A stretch of 17,324 nt of DNA from a virus (Duplodnaviria; Heunggongvirae; Uroviricota; Caudoviricetes): IMG/VR virus record IMGVR_UViG_2693429706_000005; one strand, written 5' to 3'. The first letter of the stretch is position 1, and each line of letters begins with the position of its first letter. Shown piece after piece: positions 7,653 through 15,979 of this stretch. The position numbers and the translations under genes are program-made. The notes beneath the pieces are model-generated. The model did no database searches, was not told where the DNA came from, and saw only the letters and a program-made list of their open reading frames with translations.

Positions 7653-8192
7653 TCATATTGCCCCCAGCATGGTGGTCACCATCGCCATTAATGGACCAGC
7701 CAGATCCGGGTCCACACGAAACATCGACACAATACCTTCACTCATTTCCTTCAGTTTCTGGTGGCGTGGTGCGTTGAGAATGACAGCCTGTTTTGCCTCA
7801 CTGAGTTCCTTTTCCATTTCAGCCAACCGAGTCATGAAGCTATCCTGCTCAACCAGGTAACCGCGATATTCCAGCGGTAGTACCGCCAGAATTGCCGGGG
7901 TCAGTTCACGCACGTTATTTCGGTATTTTTCAGAATCGAATTTGTTATCGAGGAAGCGGAACAGCTTCTGGCGTGCACGGCTGACATCATCAGGGAAATC
8001 GATGGTGCCGTCGCCCTGCTCCCGATACTCATTCACAATGAGTGCGGCAACGACATCCTGATTATCTACAGCCGACCAGGCGCGGACGGCATCACGGATT
8101 TTTTCGTGGCCTGGAGCTTGTTTTGTTTGAGAACGATTTATCACCGCAGTCGGAATAAATCCGCTAGTCTGTTGGTATGTAAGTGGTTGCAT
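7653..8192 (-). CDS. YdaT-like protein in the cII position (179 aa)
   Basis: Strong RBS AAGGAG 6 nt upstream of the ATG at 8190-8192; lies between the cro-like gene and O; segment ELTPAILAVLPLEYR resembles the conserved motif I recall in Rac YdaT. Family assignment is from memory. Confidence 0.5.
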   Translation of the reverse strand: MQPLTYQQTSGFIPTAVINRSQTKQAPGHEKIRDAVRAWSAVDNQDVVAALIVNEYREQGDGTIDFPDDVSRARQKLFRFLDNKFDSEKYRNNVRELTPAILAVLPLEYRGYLVEQDSFMTRLAEMEKELSEAKQAVILNAPRHQKLKEMSEGIVSMFRVDPDLAGPLMAMVTTMLGAI

Positions 8193-8261
8193 AATTGACT
8201 CCTTTAGTTTGAATTGACTGTTAAGTTGATTGCTTATTGTTAAAGAGCGTGAAATGGAAAT

Positions 8262-8492
8262 TTAAGCTGCGTTCTTTTCGGTGTGTGGAAACAACTTCGG
8301 AAGATCCGGGCGAATCTGGTATGCCTTCACAACTCCACCAGTAGCCGTAACAATGCTGCCGACATGTTCAGGGGATACCTTTGCTTTGTTGTGAAGCCAC
8401 TTATAGACGGCCTGCTGTGAAACTTCGCAGGCATCGCCTAGTTTCTTTTGTGAACCAACGATATTGATCGCTGTTTTGATTGCTGGGTTCAT
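8262..8492 (-). CDS. Cro-like / YdaS-like HTH regulator (76 aa)
   Basis: Small HTH protein (…GSQKKLGDACEVSQQAVYKWLHNK…) transcribed divergently from the repressor gene; GGAGG RBS before the ATG at 8490-8492. Confidence 0.75.
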   Translation of the reverse strand: MNPAIKTAINIVGSQKKLGDACEVSQQAVYKWLHNKAKVSPEHVGSIVTATGGVVKAYQIRPDLPKLFPHTEKNAA

Positions 8493-8596
8493 AACAACCT
8501 CCGTGGTTAATCCGAATAAAGATTAAAACTATGGTTGTTTTTAGTCAACAACCATTTTCGTTTGATGAAATAAAACCTTGGTTGTACATTTGATCT
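8493..8596. promoter_or_regulatory. OR-like divergent promoter/operator region (pR leftward, pRM rightward)
   Basis: Inverted repeat atggttgtt…aacaaccat (8531-8555); -35 TTGACT on the minus strand (complement of 8543-8548) for the cro side; -35 TTGATG (8562-8567), 17-bp spacer, -10 TACATT (8585-8590) ending 6 nt before the repressor ATG, suggesting a leaderless repressor mRNA as in lambda pRM. Confidence 0.6.
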
Positions 8597-9286
8597 ATGA
8601 AAACAACACTCTCAGAAAGACTTAAAGAAGCCAGATTAGCGCGAGGCCTTACACAAAAGGCGCTTGGGGATTTGGTCGGGGTTAGCCAGGCTGCTATTCA
8701 GAAAATCGAAACAGGGAAAGCTAACCAAACAACTAAAATCGTGGAGATCGCGAACGCTTTGGGTGTGCGCGCAGAATGGTTATCTTCTGGCGTTGGAAAT
8801 ATGTCAGACAGTACAGTGCAACCAATACAATCAACTGTCAGCCATTCCAAATACTTCAAAATTGACGTTCTTGATATAGAAGTCAGTGCCGGGCCAGGTG
8901 TAATCAACCGTGAGTTTGTAGAAGTTCTACGCTCGGTTGAGTACTCGTTTGACGATGCTCGTCACATGTTCGATGGCAGGAAGGCGGAAAATATCCGCAT
9001 CATTAACGTGCGAGGTGACAGCATGTCAGGGACGATCGAACCAGGTGACCTGCTGTTCGTTGATATCACTGTTAAATCTTTCGACGGTGATGGCATCTAT
9101 GCGTTTCTGTACGACGACACTGCCCATGTAAAACGTCTTCAAATGATGAAGGATAAGCTGCTGGTTATCTCTGATAACAAGAGCTACTCGCCGTGGGACC
9201 CGATCGAGAAAGACGAGATGAACCGGGTGTTCATATTCGGTAAGGTCATTGGAAGCATGCCGCAGACGTACAGGAAGCATGGTTAA
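8597..9286 (+). CDS. CI-type prophage repressor (N-terminal HTH, C-terminal LexA-like S24 autopeptidase), 229 aa
   Basis: N-terminus LTQKALGDLVGVSQAAIQKIETGK (HTH); C-terminal domain with GDSM serine motif and a downstream Lys (…HVKRLQ…), typical of RecA-stimulated self-cleaving repressors. Not lambda cI by sequence. Confidence 0.9.
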   Translation: MKTTLSERLKEARLARGLTQKALGDLVGVSQAAIQKIETGKANQTTKIVEIANALGVRAEWLSSGVGNMSDSTVQPIQSTVSHSKYFKIDVLDIEVSAGPGVINREFVEVLRSVEYSFDDARHMFDGRKAENIRIINVRGDSMSGTIEPGDLLFVDITVKSFDGDGIYAFLYDDTAHVKRLQMMKDKLLVISDNKSYSPWDPIEKDEMNRVFIFGKVIGSMPQTYRKHG

Positions 9287-9515
9287 TTTATCTACGACTT
9301 AAGGGAGCGAAGGTTAAGGTTTATACCACTCGGATTAGATATTGCACTAAATTCTCTATAAGAACGCCAAATCTGTTTGCATATTTCAGTAAATATTCTC
9401 GTTGTTAGCTGAGATTTGTTGCTACTGTCAGCAAAATGTCCCCCTATCTCGTAGCGGTTTTTATTTCGAATCATTATGTTAAGATGTTTCTGATTATAAT
9501 GAATGGAAACATAAA

Positions 9516-9896
9516 ATGAGAAAAATCCTAATCGCTGCCATGATGGCATCTGTATTGGCTGGGTGTGCTTCTTCAGGCAACCAGCAACTCAAAAATGAAA
9601 CTGAAATTAGTGTCCAGTCTAAACTTCAGGAAGGTAAAACAACCAAGAATGAGGTTAAATCTTACTTTGGTTCTCCTGATGCTGTTTCATATACTGACAG
9701 TGGAAACGAGATCTGGAAGTACGCCTTTGCAAAAGTAAAAGTTAATGGCACCACTTTTATTCCATTCTATGGATTATTCCATAATGGAACGAACGGTACG
9801 AAAAAAGAACTTACTATTCTTTTTAACGATGACACGATTAAGAAATACACAATGTCAGAAACCCAAATAAACTCGAAATCAGGTTGGGCTGACTGA
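9516..9896 (+). CDS. Predicted outer-membrane lipoprotein (126 aa), possibly SmpA/OmlA (BamE-like) fold, in the rex position
   Basis: Signal peptide MRKILIAAMMASVLAGC with lipobox LAGC and Ala at +2; pattern T..EV..YFGSPD…EIWKY.F resembles the BamE/SmpA-OmlA motif; AT-rich; consensus -10 TATAAT at 9495-9500; terminator follows. Confidence 0.7.
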   Translation: MRKILIAAMMASVLAGCASSGNQQLKNETEISVQSKLQEGKTTKNEVKSYFGSPDAVSYTDSGNEIWKYAFAKVKVNGTTFIPFYGLFHNGTNGTKKELTILFNDDTIKKYTMSETQINSKSGWAD

Positions 9897-9904
9897 TAAT
9901 CATA

Positions 9905-9931
9905 CCCGGCAACCGCGCCGGGTTTTCTTTT
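9905..9931 (+). terminator. Rho-independent terminator after the lipoprotein gene
   Basis: cccggc (9905-9910), loop aaccgc, gccggg (9917-9922), then ttttctttt; starts 9 nt after the stop codon. Confidence 0.75.
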
Positions 9932-10039
9932 CCTCCCCCTCATAACTCATACCGTCCAAAAAACCACCACACCTCACTTCAGTTATCGCTATGCGATGCA
10001 AGTCACAAAATAAATCCATCCTAAATACAACCAGTTATA

Positions 10040-10100
10040 TTTAAAACAACCGACAAAACAACTTTTGTTGTTGACGATAAAACAACTATAGTTTTAAATT
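10040..10100 (+). promoter_or_regulatory. OL-like operator and pL-like promoter
   Basis: -35 TTGACG (10071-10076), 17-bp spacer, -10 TTAAAT (10094-10099); overlapping 10-bp palindrome aactatagtt (10084-10093), which recurs with one mismatch in the OR region (aactatggtt, 8527-8536); aacaac half-site motifs repeated. Confidence 0.55.
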
Positions 10101-10104
10101 AAAT

Positions 10105-10156
10105 TCATCGCAACGACACAACGATACGGTAACCACCTGTTTCACCGTTGCGATGA
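10105..10156 (+). promoter_or_regulatory. Structured leader: 11-bp inverted repeat enclosing 30 nt, just downstream of the pL-like promoter
   Basis: tcatcgcaacg (10105-10115) is the perfect reverse complement of cgttgcgatga (10146-10156); the intervening segment contains the ggtaacc palindrome; begins at about the predicted transcript start. Confidence 0.4.
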
Positions 10157-10377
10157 CCGCTTAGATCCGCAGTTTGAATTTCAGCAGGCTTCGGGGAGTG
10201 CGAGGGGTGAAACGGACGCGTGAACGTCGGTGTGACCAGCTGAAATCAACACAACACTTTATACCTCAGTCGCTTCAACGAGGCGGCTTAGTTATGACAA
10301 CCGGCGGCCATCCACCGCCTGAATACGCGCAGAAGTCTCTATATGTTCAGCAGCCCAGCTTACGGGCAGGAGTTTTT

Positions 10378-10584
10378 ATGGTTCATCAACATTACGGAAC
10401 GCAGACCGTTAATCGCGGTGCGGTCATGCCAGGAATGCTGGTCAAACACAAAGATGGTACCTGGACTGCATCAGCTAATTTACGCGGACGGCTTTATCTG
10501 CATCGCGGCATCGAGCGCACTTATACCCGTGATTTGCTCGTAGAAGTTTTTCTCGACGGACGCGGTAACGGCCTGAATCACTAA
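10378..10584 (+). CDS. Kil-like small protein (68 aa; KilR-like, possible cell-division inhibitor)
   Basis: ATG at 10378 with AGGAG RBS 5 nt upstream; product [65 protein letters not shown] resembles my recollection of Rac KilR (…HEGRTYIASAN…LYIRN…VFLGRDG…); first gene after the pL-like promoter. Confidence 0.5.
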   Translation: MVHQHYGTQTVNRGAVMPGMLVKHKDGTWTASANLRGRLYLHRGIERTYTRDLLVEVFLDGRGNGLNH

Positions 10585-10659
10585 TCCCCTTTCCTGTTTT
10601 CCTAATCAGCCTGGCATTTCGCGGGCGATATTTTCACAGCCATTTTCAGGAGTTCAGCC

Positions 10660-10956
10660 ATGAACGCTTATTACATTCAGGATCGTCTTGAGGCTCAGAG
10701 CTGGGCGCGTCACTACCAGCAGATCGCCCGTGAAGAGAAAGAGGCAGAACTGGCAGACGACATGGAAAAAGGCCTGCCCCAGCACCTGTTTGAATCGCTA
10801 TGCATCGATCATTTGCAACGCCACGGGGTCAGCAAAAAAGCCATTACCCGTGCGTTTGATGACGATGTTGAGTTTCAGGAGCGCATGGCAGAACACATCC
10901 GGTACATGGTTGAAACCATTGCTCACCACCAGGTTGATATTGATTCAGAGGTATAA
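10660..10956 (+). CDS. gam: Gam (RecBCD inhibitor), 98-aa form
   Basis: [56 protein letters not shown]... recalled as lambda Gam; AGGAG RBS 7 nt upstream. Confidence 0.9.
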   Translation: MNAYYIQDRLEAQSWARHYQQIAREEKEAELADDMEKGLPQHLFESLCIDHLQRHGVSKKAITRAFDDDVEFQERMAEHIRYMVETIAHHQVDIDSEV

Positions 10957-10961
10957 AACGG

Positions 10962-11747
10962 ATGAGTACAGCACTCGCAACGCTGGCTGGGAAGCTGGCT
11001 GAACGAGTCGGCATGGATTCTGTCGACCCACAGGAACTGATCACCACTCTTCGCCAGACGGCATTTAAAGGTGATGCCAGCGATGCGCAGTTCATCGCAT
11101 TGCTGATCGTCGCCAACCAGTACGGTCTTAATCCGTGGACGAAAGAAATTTACGCCTTCCCTGATAAGCAGAACGGCATCGTTCCGGTGGTGGGCGTTGA
11201 TGGCTGGTCCCGCATCATCAACGAAAACCAGCAGTTTGACGGCATGGACTTTGAACAGGACAACGAATCCTGCACATGCCGGATTTACCGCAAAGACCGC
11301 AATCATCCGATCTGCGTTACCGAGTGGATGGATGAATGCCGCCGCGAACCATTCAAAACCCGCGAAGGCAGAGAAATCACGGGGCCGTGGCAGTCGCATC
11401 CCAAACGGATGTTACGGCATAAAGCCATGATTCAGTGTGCCCGTCTGGCCTTCGGATTTGCTGGTATCTATGACAAGGATGAAGCCGAGCGCATTGTCGA
11501 AAATACTGCATACACTGCAGAACGTCAGCCGGAACGCGACATCACTCCGGTTAACGATGAAACCATGCAGGAGATTAACACTCTGCTGATCGCCCTGGAT
11601 AAAACATGGGATGACGACTTATTGCCGCTCTGTTCCCAGATATTTCGCCGCGACATTCGCGCATCGTCAGAACTGACACAGGCCGAAGCAGTGAAAGCTC
11701 TTGGATTCCTTAAACAGAAAGCCACTGAGCAGAAGGTGGCAGCATGA
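10962..11747 (+). CDS. bet: Bet (Red-beta single-strand annealing protein), 261 aa
   Basis: [66 protein letters not shown]... recalled as lambda Bet. Confidence 0.95.
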   Translation: MSTALATLAGKLAERVGMDSVDPQELITTLRQTAFKGDASDAQFIALLIVANQYGLNPWTKEIYAFPDKQNGIVPVVGVDGWSRIINENQQFDGMDFEQDNESCTCRIYRKDRNHPICVTEWMDECRREPFKTREGREITGPWQSHPKRMLRHKAMIQCARLAFGFAGIYDKDEAERIVENTAYTAERQPERDITPVNDETMQEINTLLIALDKTWDDDLLPLCSQIFRRDIRASSELTQAEAVKALGFLKQKATEQKVAA

Positions 11748-12424
11748 CACCGGACATTATCCTGCAGCGTACCGGGATCGACGTGAGAGTTGTCGAACAG
11801 GGGGATGATGCATGGCACAAATTACGGCTCGGCGTCATCACCGCTTCAGAAGTTCACAACGTGATAGCAAAGCCCCGCTCAGGAAAGAAGTGGCCTGACA
11901 TGAAAATGTCCTACTTCCACACCCTGCTGGCTGAGGTTTGCACCGGTGTGGCTCCGGAAGTTAATGCTAAGGCGCTGGCCTGGGGAAAACAGTACGAGAA
12001 CGACGCCAGAACCCTGTTTGAATTCACTTCCGGCGTGAATATTACTGAATCCCCGATCATCTATCGCGACGAAAATATGCGCACCGCCTGCTCTCCCGAT
12101 GGTTTATGCAGTGACGGCAACGGCCTTGAACTGAAATGCCCGTTTACCTCCCGGGATTTCATGAAATTCCGGCTCGGTGGTTTCGAGGCAATAAAATCGG
12201 CTTACATGGCCCAGGTGCAGTACAGCATGTGGGTGACGCGAAAAGATGCCTGGTACTTTGCCAACTATGACCCGCGCATGAAGCGTGAAGGCCTGCATTA
12301 CGTCGTGGTTGAGCGGAATGAAAAGTACATGGCGAGTTTTGACGAGATGGTGCCGGAGTTCATCGAAAAAATGGACGAGGCACTGGCTGAAATTGGTTTT
12401 GTATATGGGGAGCAATGGCAATGA
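11744..12424 (+). CDS. exo: Exo (lambda exonuclease, Red-alpha), 226 aa
   Basis: [64 protein letters not shown]... recalled as lambda Exo; start overlaps the bet stop. Confidence 0.95.
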   Translation: MTPDIILQRTGIDVRVVEQGDDAWHKLRLGVITASEVHNVIAKPRSGKKWPDMKMSYFHTLLAEVCTGVAPEVNAKALAWGKQYENDARTLFEFTSGVNITESPIIYRDENMRTACSPDGLCSDGNGLELKCPFTSRDFMKFRLGGFEAIKSAYMAQVQYSMWVTRKDAWYFANYDPRMKREGLHYVVVERNEKYMASFDEMVPEFIEKMDEALAEIGFVYGEQWQ

Positions 12425-12603
12425 AGCATCCTCACGATAATATCCGGGTAGGCGCGATCACTTTCGTCTACTCCGTTACAAAGCGAGGCTGGGTATTTCC
12501 CGGCCTTTCTGTTATCCGAAATCCGCTGAAAGCCCAGCGGCTGGCTGAGGAGATAAATAATAAACGGGGAGCTGTATGCACAAAGCATCTCCCGTTGAAT
12601 TAA
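12415..12603 (+). CDS. Small ea-region protein (62 aa), lambda orf60a-like
   Basis: Start overlaps the exo stop; same position as the small ORFs that follow exo in lambda; name assignment is from memory and uncertain. Confidence 0.55.
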   Translation: MAMKHPHDNIRVGAITFVYSVTKRGWVFPGLSVIRNPLKAQRLAEEINNKRGAVCTKHLPLN

Positions 12604-12767
12604 GAACGAGTATCGAGATGGCACATAGCCTCGCTCAAATTGGAGTCAGGTTTGTGCCAATACCAGTAGAAACAGACGAAGAATTTCATACGTTAGCCGC
12701 ATCCCTTTCACAAAAGCTGGAAATGATGGTGGCGAAAGCAGAAGCAGATGAGAGAGACCAGGTATGA
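12576..12767 (+). CDS. Small ea-region protein (63 aa), lambda orf63-like
   Basis: ATG at 12576 with purine-rich upstream sequence; overlaps the neighbouring ORFs, consistent with a translationally coupled chain. Confidence 0.55.
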   Translation: MHKASPVELRTSIEMAHSLAQIGVRFVPIPVETDEEFHTLAASLSQKLEMMVAKAEADERDQV

Positions 12768-12843
12768 CAACCACTGAATGCATTTTTCTGGCAGCGGGCT
12801 TCATATTCTGTGTGCTTATGCTTGCCGACATGGGGCTTGTTCA

Positions 12844-13059
12844 ATGACACCTCAGCAAGAAAACGCCCTTCGCAGCATTGCCCGTCAGGCTAATTCTGAA
12901 ATCAAAAAAGCCAGACAGCAGTTTCCGGATAAAAACGTCGATGACATTTGCCGTAGCGTACTAAAGAAGCACCGCGAAACGGTAACGCTGATGGGATTCA
13001 CACCGACTCATTTAAGCCTGGCGATCGGCATGTTGAACGGCGTCTTTAAGGAACGGTGA
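12844..13059 (+). CDS. Small ea-region protein (71 aa from ATG at 12844)
   Basis: In-frame ATG at 12844 gives MTPQQENALRSIARQANSEIKKARQQFPDKNVDDICRSVLKKHRETVTLMGF...; the longer track ORF from 12778 has no better start signal. Confidence 0.45.
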   Translation: MTPQQENALRSIARQANSEIKKARQQFPDKNVDDICRSVLKKHRETVTLMGFTPTHLSLAIGMLNGVFKER

Positions 13060-13157
13060 ACATGAAAAGCAAAATCATCAGGGAGCTACAGGCTCCTTTT
13101 TTATTATTCGCATTCACCCTCAAGCGTATTAACCAACAATTCAGGGATTAATGAAAG

Positions 13158-13379
13158 ATGGCAGACATAATTGATTCAGCATCAGAAATTGAAGAATTAC
13201 AGCGCAACACAGCAATAAAAATGCGCCGCCTGAACCACCAGGCTATATCTGCCACTCATTGTTGTGAGTGTGGCGATCCGATAGATGAACGAAGACGACT
13301 GGCCGTTCAGGGTTGTCGGACTTGTGCCAGTTGCCAGCAAGATCTGGAGCTTATCAGTAAACAGAGAGGTTCGAAGTGA
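13158..13379 (+). CDS. TraR/DksA-family C4 zinc-finger protein (73 aa), lambda Orf73-like
   Basis: CCECGDPIDERRRLAVQGCRTCASCQ carries the C-x2-C…C-x2-C motif of TraR/DksA-type RNA-polymerase-binding proteins; position matches the lambda b-region TraR homologue. Confidence 0.7.
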   Translation: MADIIDSASEIEELQRNTAIKMRRLNHQAISATHCCECGDPIDERRRLAVQGCRTCASCQQDLELISKQRGSK

Positions 13380-13531
13380 GCGAAATTAACTAGAAGCCAA
13401 AGATAAAATCATCGCTGAGCAGGAGAAAATCGCTAACGGAGAAAAGACAGTAAGTCAGTATATGAAAACCGCATGATATCATCAGATAAAAATCGGTCGT
13501 AAAGCGAAATATTAATACCAGAACAAACGAG

Positions 13532-13555
13532 TCGAGGTAAATTATATTACCTCGA
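13532..13555 (-). terminator. Hairpin downstream of the minus-strand membrane-protein gene
   Basis: Perfect 9-bp inverted repeat tcgaggtaa (13532-13540) / ttacctcga (13547-13555) with loop attata, about 35 nt after the stop of the 13590..14192 ORF on the minus strand; a T-containing tract follows on that strand. Confidence 0.4.
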
Positions 13556-13589
13556 TAAATTAACTAAAACTTGCCCGCTATATACTATA

Positions 13590-14192
13590 TCATTCAGTAT
13601 CATCACGCGCGGTCTGTGCATATGTCACTACCGCACCTAATATATTAATTTTCTTTTCAACATAGATAATATTATCGTACTCATAATTGCCATACGGATA
13701 GCAAATGCGAATATTCTCATGTAGATCGGGGTCATCCACCTCAGCTCCAGAACAACTTTTTGAACTACCGGAAGTATACCGATACGGTGCAACGTAAGAC
13801 GATGTCTCTCCAGGCAAAAAATAAGTTAGTGTCGTAAGGGGTATAATCAGAAAAAATCCAGCAAATATGCACATCCCTGCATAAACCTTAAGGTATGCTG
13901 ACAGACTCTTCCAGCCGCTTTGTTTTACTATCCCCTTCTTAACCCAAAACAGAGATAACAGAAAAGCTATTCCCATGCTAAACAGAATGTAATAGTGGGA
14001 TATACTCTGATTAAGAAACGTGACCCTGTAGATATCTGCCCGCCACCAGAAGAAAAGGAAAATAAAGATCAGCCCTGAAACTGTCATGCAAATCAAATAA
14101 GGATACGAATCTTTTTTCATGTTTAGCGCCCATAAAATTTTTCCTGACCCGGACAAATTTACCATCCATTTTTTGCGCAGAAAATAGCTCAT
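13590..14192 (-). CDS. Hypothetical polytopic membrane protein (up to 200 aa; start uncertain), AT-rich island
   Basis: At least three strongly hydrophobic segments (LICMTVSGLIFIFLFFWW, YYILFSMGIAFLLSLFWV, VYAGMCIFAGFFLIIPLTTLTYFL) followed by a soluble C-terminal region of about 70 aa rich in Tyr, Ser and Cys; opposite strand to the surrounding early-left operon. Confidence 0.55.
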   Translation of the reverse strand: MSYFLRKKWMVNLSGSGKILWALNMKKDSYPYLICMTVSGLIFIFLFFWWRADIYRVTFLNQSISHYYILFSMGIAFLLSLFWVKKGIVKQSGWKSLSAYLKVYAGMCIFAGFFLIIPLTTLTYFLPGETSSYVAPYRYTSGSSKSCSGAEVDDPDLHENIRICYPYGNYEYDNIIYVEKKINILGAVVTYAQTARDDTE

Positions 14193-14590
14193 TACTTACT
14201 GCACAATAATACACAAAATTGCGTAAATTTTTTGCATGGATTTTAGCTCTTTCAGCCGACATTTAAGGGGTAAATAGCATTTCCTAAAAGCAACTGCACC
14301 AACCCAACAGAATGGGCTACCGCTTACGTTGAGAGCAAAAAAGTGTATAGCAGCAATGAACAGCATCCTCGCACTGACGAGGATTTCTTTTATCTGAACT
14401 CGCTACGGCGAGTTTTTTTATGGAGATGATAAATGCACTTCCGAGTCACAGGTGAATAGAATGGAGAACCATTCAACAGAGTTATCGAAGCCGAGAACAT
14501 CAGCGACTGCTATGACCACTGGATGCTGTGGGCGCAGATAGCACATGCAGACGTAACCAATATTCGAATTGAAGAACTGAAAGAACACCA

Positions 14591-14612
14591 AGCCGCCTGA
14601 TGGCGGTTTTTT
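14591..14612 (+). terminator. Hairpin plus T-run immediately upstream of xis
   Basis: agccgcc (14591-14597), loop tgat, ggcgg (14602-14606), then tttttt (14607-14612); 27 nt before the xis ATG. Confidence 0.55.
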
Positions 14613-14639
14613 CTTGCGTGTAATTGCGGAGACTTTGCG

Positions 14640-14858
14640 ATGTACTTGACACTTCAGGAGTGGAACGCTCGCCAGCGACGCCCAAGAAGCCTTGAAACAG
14701 TTCGTCGATGGGTGCGCGAATGCAGGATATTCCCTCCTCCGGTTAAGGATGGAAGAGAATATCTGTTCCACGAATCAGCGGTAAAGGTTGACTTAAATCG
14801 ACCAGTAACAGGTAGCCTTTTGAAGAGGATCAGAAATGGGAAGAAGGCGAAGTCATGA
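14640..14858 (+). CDS. xis: Excisionase Xis (72 aa)
   Basis: MYLTLQEWNARQRRPRSLETVRRWVRECRIFPPPVKDGREYLFHESAVKVDLNRPVTG... recalled as lambda Xis; overlaps the int start as in lambda. Confidence 0.95.
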   Translation: MYLTLQEWNARQRRPRSLETVRRWVRECRIFPPPVKDGREYLFHESAVKVDLNRPVTGSLLKRIRNGKKAKS

Positions 14859-15906
14859 GCGCCGGGATTTACCCCCTAACCTTTATATAAGAAACAATGG
14901 ATATTACTGCTACAGGGACCCAAGGACGGGTAAAGAGTTTGGATTAGGCCGAGACAGGCGAATCGCAATCACTGAAGCTATACAGGCCAACATTGAGTTA
15001 TTTTCAGGACACAAACACAAGCCTCTGACAGCGAGAATCAACAGTGATAATTCCGTTACGTTACATTCATGGCTTGATCGCTACGAAAAAATCCTGGCCA
15101 GCAGAGGAATCAAGCAGAAGACACTCATAAATTACATGAGCAAAATTAAAGCAATAAGGAGGGGTCTGCCTGATGCTCCACTTGAAGACATCACCACAAA
15201 AGAAATTGCGGCAATGCTCAATGGATACATAGACGAGGGCAAGGCGGCGTCAGCCAAGTTAATCAGATCAACACTGAGCGATGCATTCCGAGAGGCAATA
15301 GCTGAAGGCCATATAACAACAAACCCTGTCGCTGCCACTCGCGCAGCAAAATCAGAGGTAAGGAGATCAAGACTTACGGCTGACGAATACCTGAAAATTT
15401 ATCAAGCAGCAGAATCATCACCATGTTGGCTCAGACTTGCAATGGAACTGGCTGTTGTTACCGGGCAACGAGTTGGTGATTTATGCGAAATGAAGTGGTC
15501 TGATATCGTAGATGGATATCTTTATGTCGAGCAAAGCAAAACAGGCGTAAAAATTGCCATCCCAACAACATTGCATGTTGATGCTCTCGGGATATCAATG
15601 AAGGAAACACTTGATAAATGCAAAGAGATTCTTGGCGGAGAAACCATAATTGCATCTACTCGTCGCGAACCGCTTTCATCCGGCACAGTATCAAGGTATT
15701 TTATGCGCGCACGAAAAGCATCAGGTCTTTCCTTCGAAGGGGATCCGCCTACCTTTCACGAGTTGCGCAGTTTGTCTGCAAGACTCTATGAGAAGCAGAT
15801 AAGCGATAAGTTTGCTCAACATCTTCTCGGGCATAAGTCGGACACCATGGCATCACAGTATCGTGATGACAGAGGCAGGGAGTGGGACAAAATTGAAATC
15901 AAATAA
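14836..15906 (+). CDS. int: Tyrosine integrase Int (356 aa)
   Basis: MGRRRSHERRDLPPNLYIRNNGYYCYRDPRTGKEFGLGRDRRIAITEAIQ... recalled as lambda Int, full length; C-terminal catalytic region present (…HELRSLSARLYEKQ…LLGHKSDTMASQYRDD…). Confidence 0.95.
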   Translation: MGRRRSHERRDLPPNLYIRNNGYYCYRDPRTGKEFGLGRDRRIAITEAIQANIELFSGHKHKPLTARINSDNSVTLHSWLDRYEKILASRGIKQKTLINYMSKIKAIRRGLPDAPLEDITTKEIAAMLNGYIDEGKAASAKLIRSTLSDAFREAIAEGHITTNPVAATRAAKSEVRRSRLTADEYLKIYQAAESSPCWLRLAMELAVVTGQRVGDLCEMKWSDIVDGYLYVEQSKTGVKIAIPTTLHVDALGISMKETLDKCKEILGGETIIASTRREPLSSGTVSRYFMRARKASGLSFEGDPPTFHELRSLSARLYEKQISDKFAQHLLGHKSDTMASQYRDDRGREWDKIEIK

Positions 15907-15979
15907 TGATTTTATTTTGACTGATAGTGACCTGTTCGTTGCAACAAATTGATAAGCAATGCTTTTTTATAATGCCAAC

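Noticed and set aside
10174-10377. Arginine-rich stretch (RLRGVRGVKRTRERR) at the start of the long track ORF 10174..10584, resembling the RNA-binding motif of N antiterminators
   Set aside because: The frame opens with a TTG lacking an RBS, the first in-frame ATG also lacks one, and the only well-signalled start is the ATG at 10378 (Kil-like). The Arg/Gly run is most simply the translation of GC-rich leader sequence (cgg gga gtg cga ggg…). Kept only as a caveat in the antitermination finding.
10923-11399. 158-aa minus-strand ORF inside bet
   Set aside because: Antisense to the confidently identified Bet coding sequence; no RBS; shadow ORF.
14011-14262. 83-aa minus-strand ORF overlapping the 5' part of the membrane-protein gene in another frame
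   Set aside because: It overlaps the longer hydrophobic ORF, which has much stronger coding character; it may only mark uncertainty about that gene's true start.
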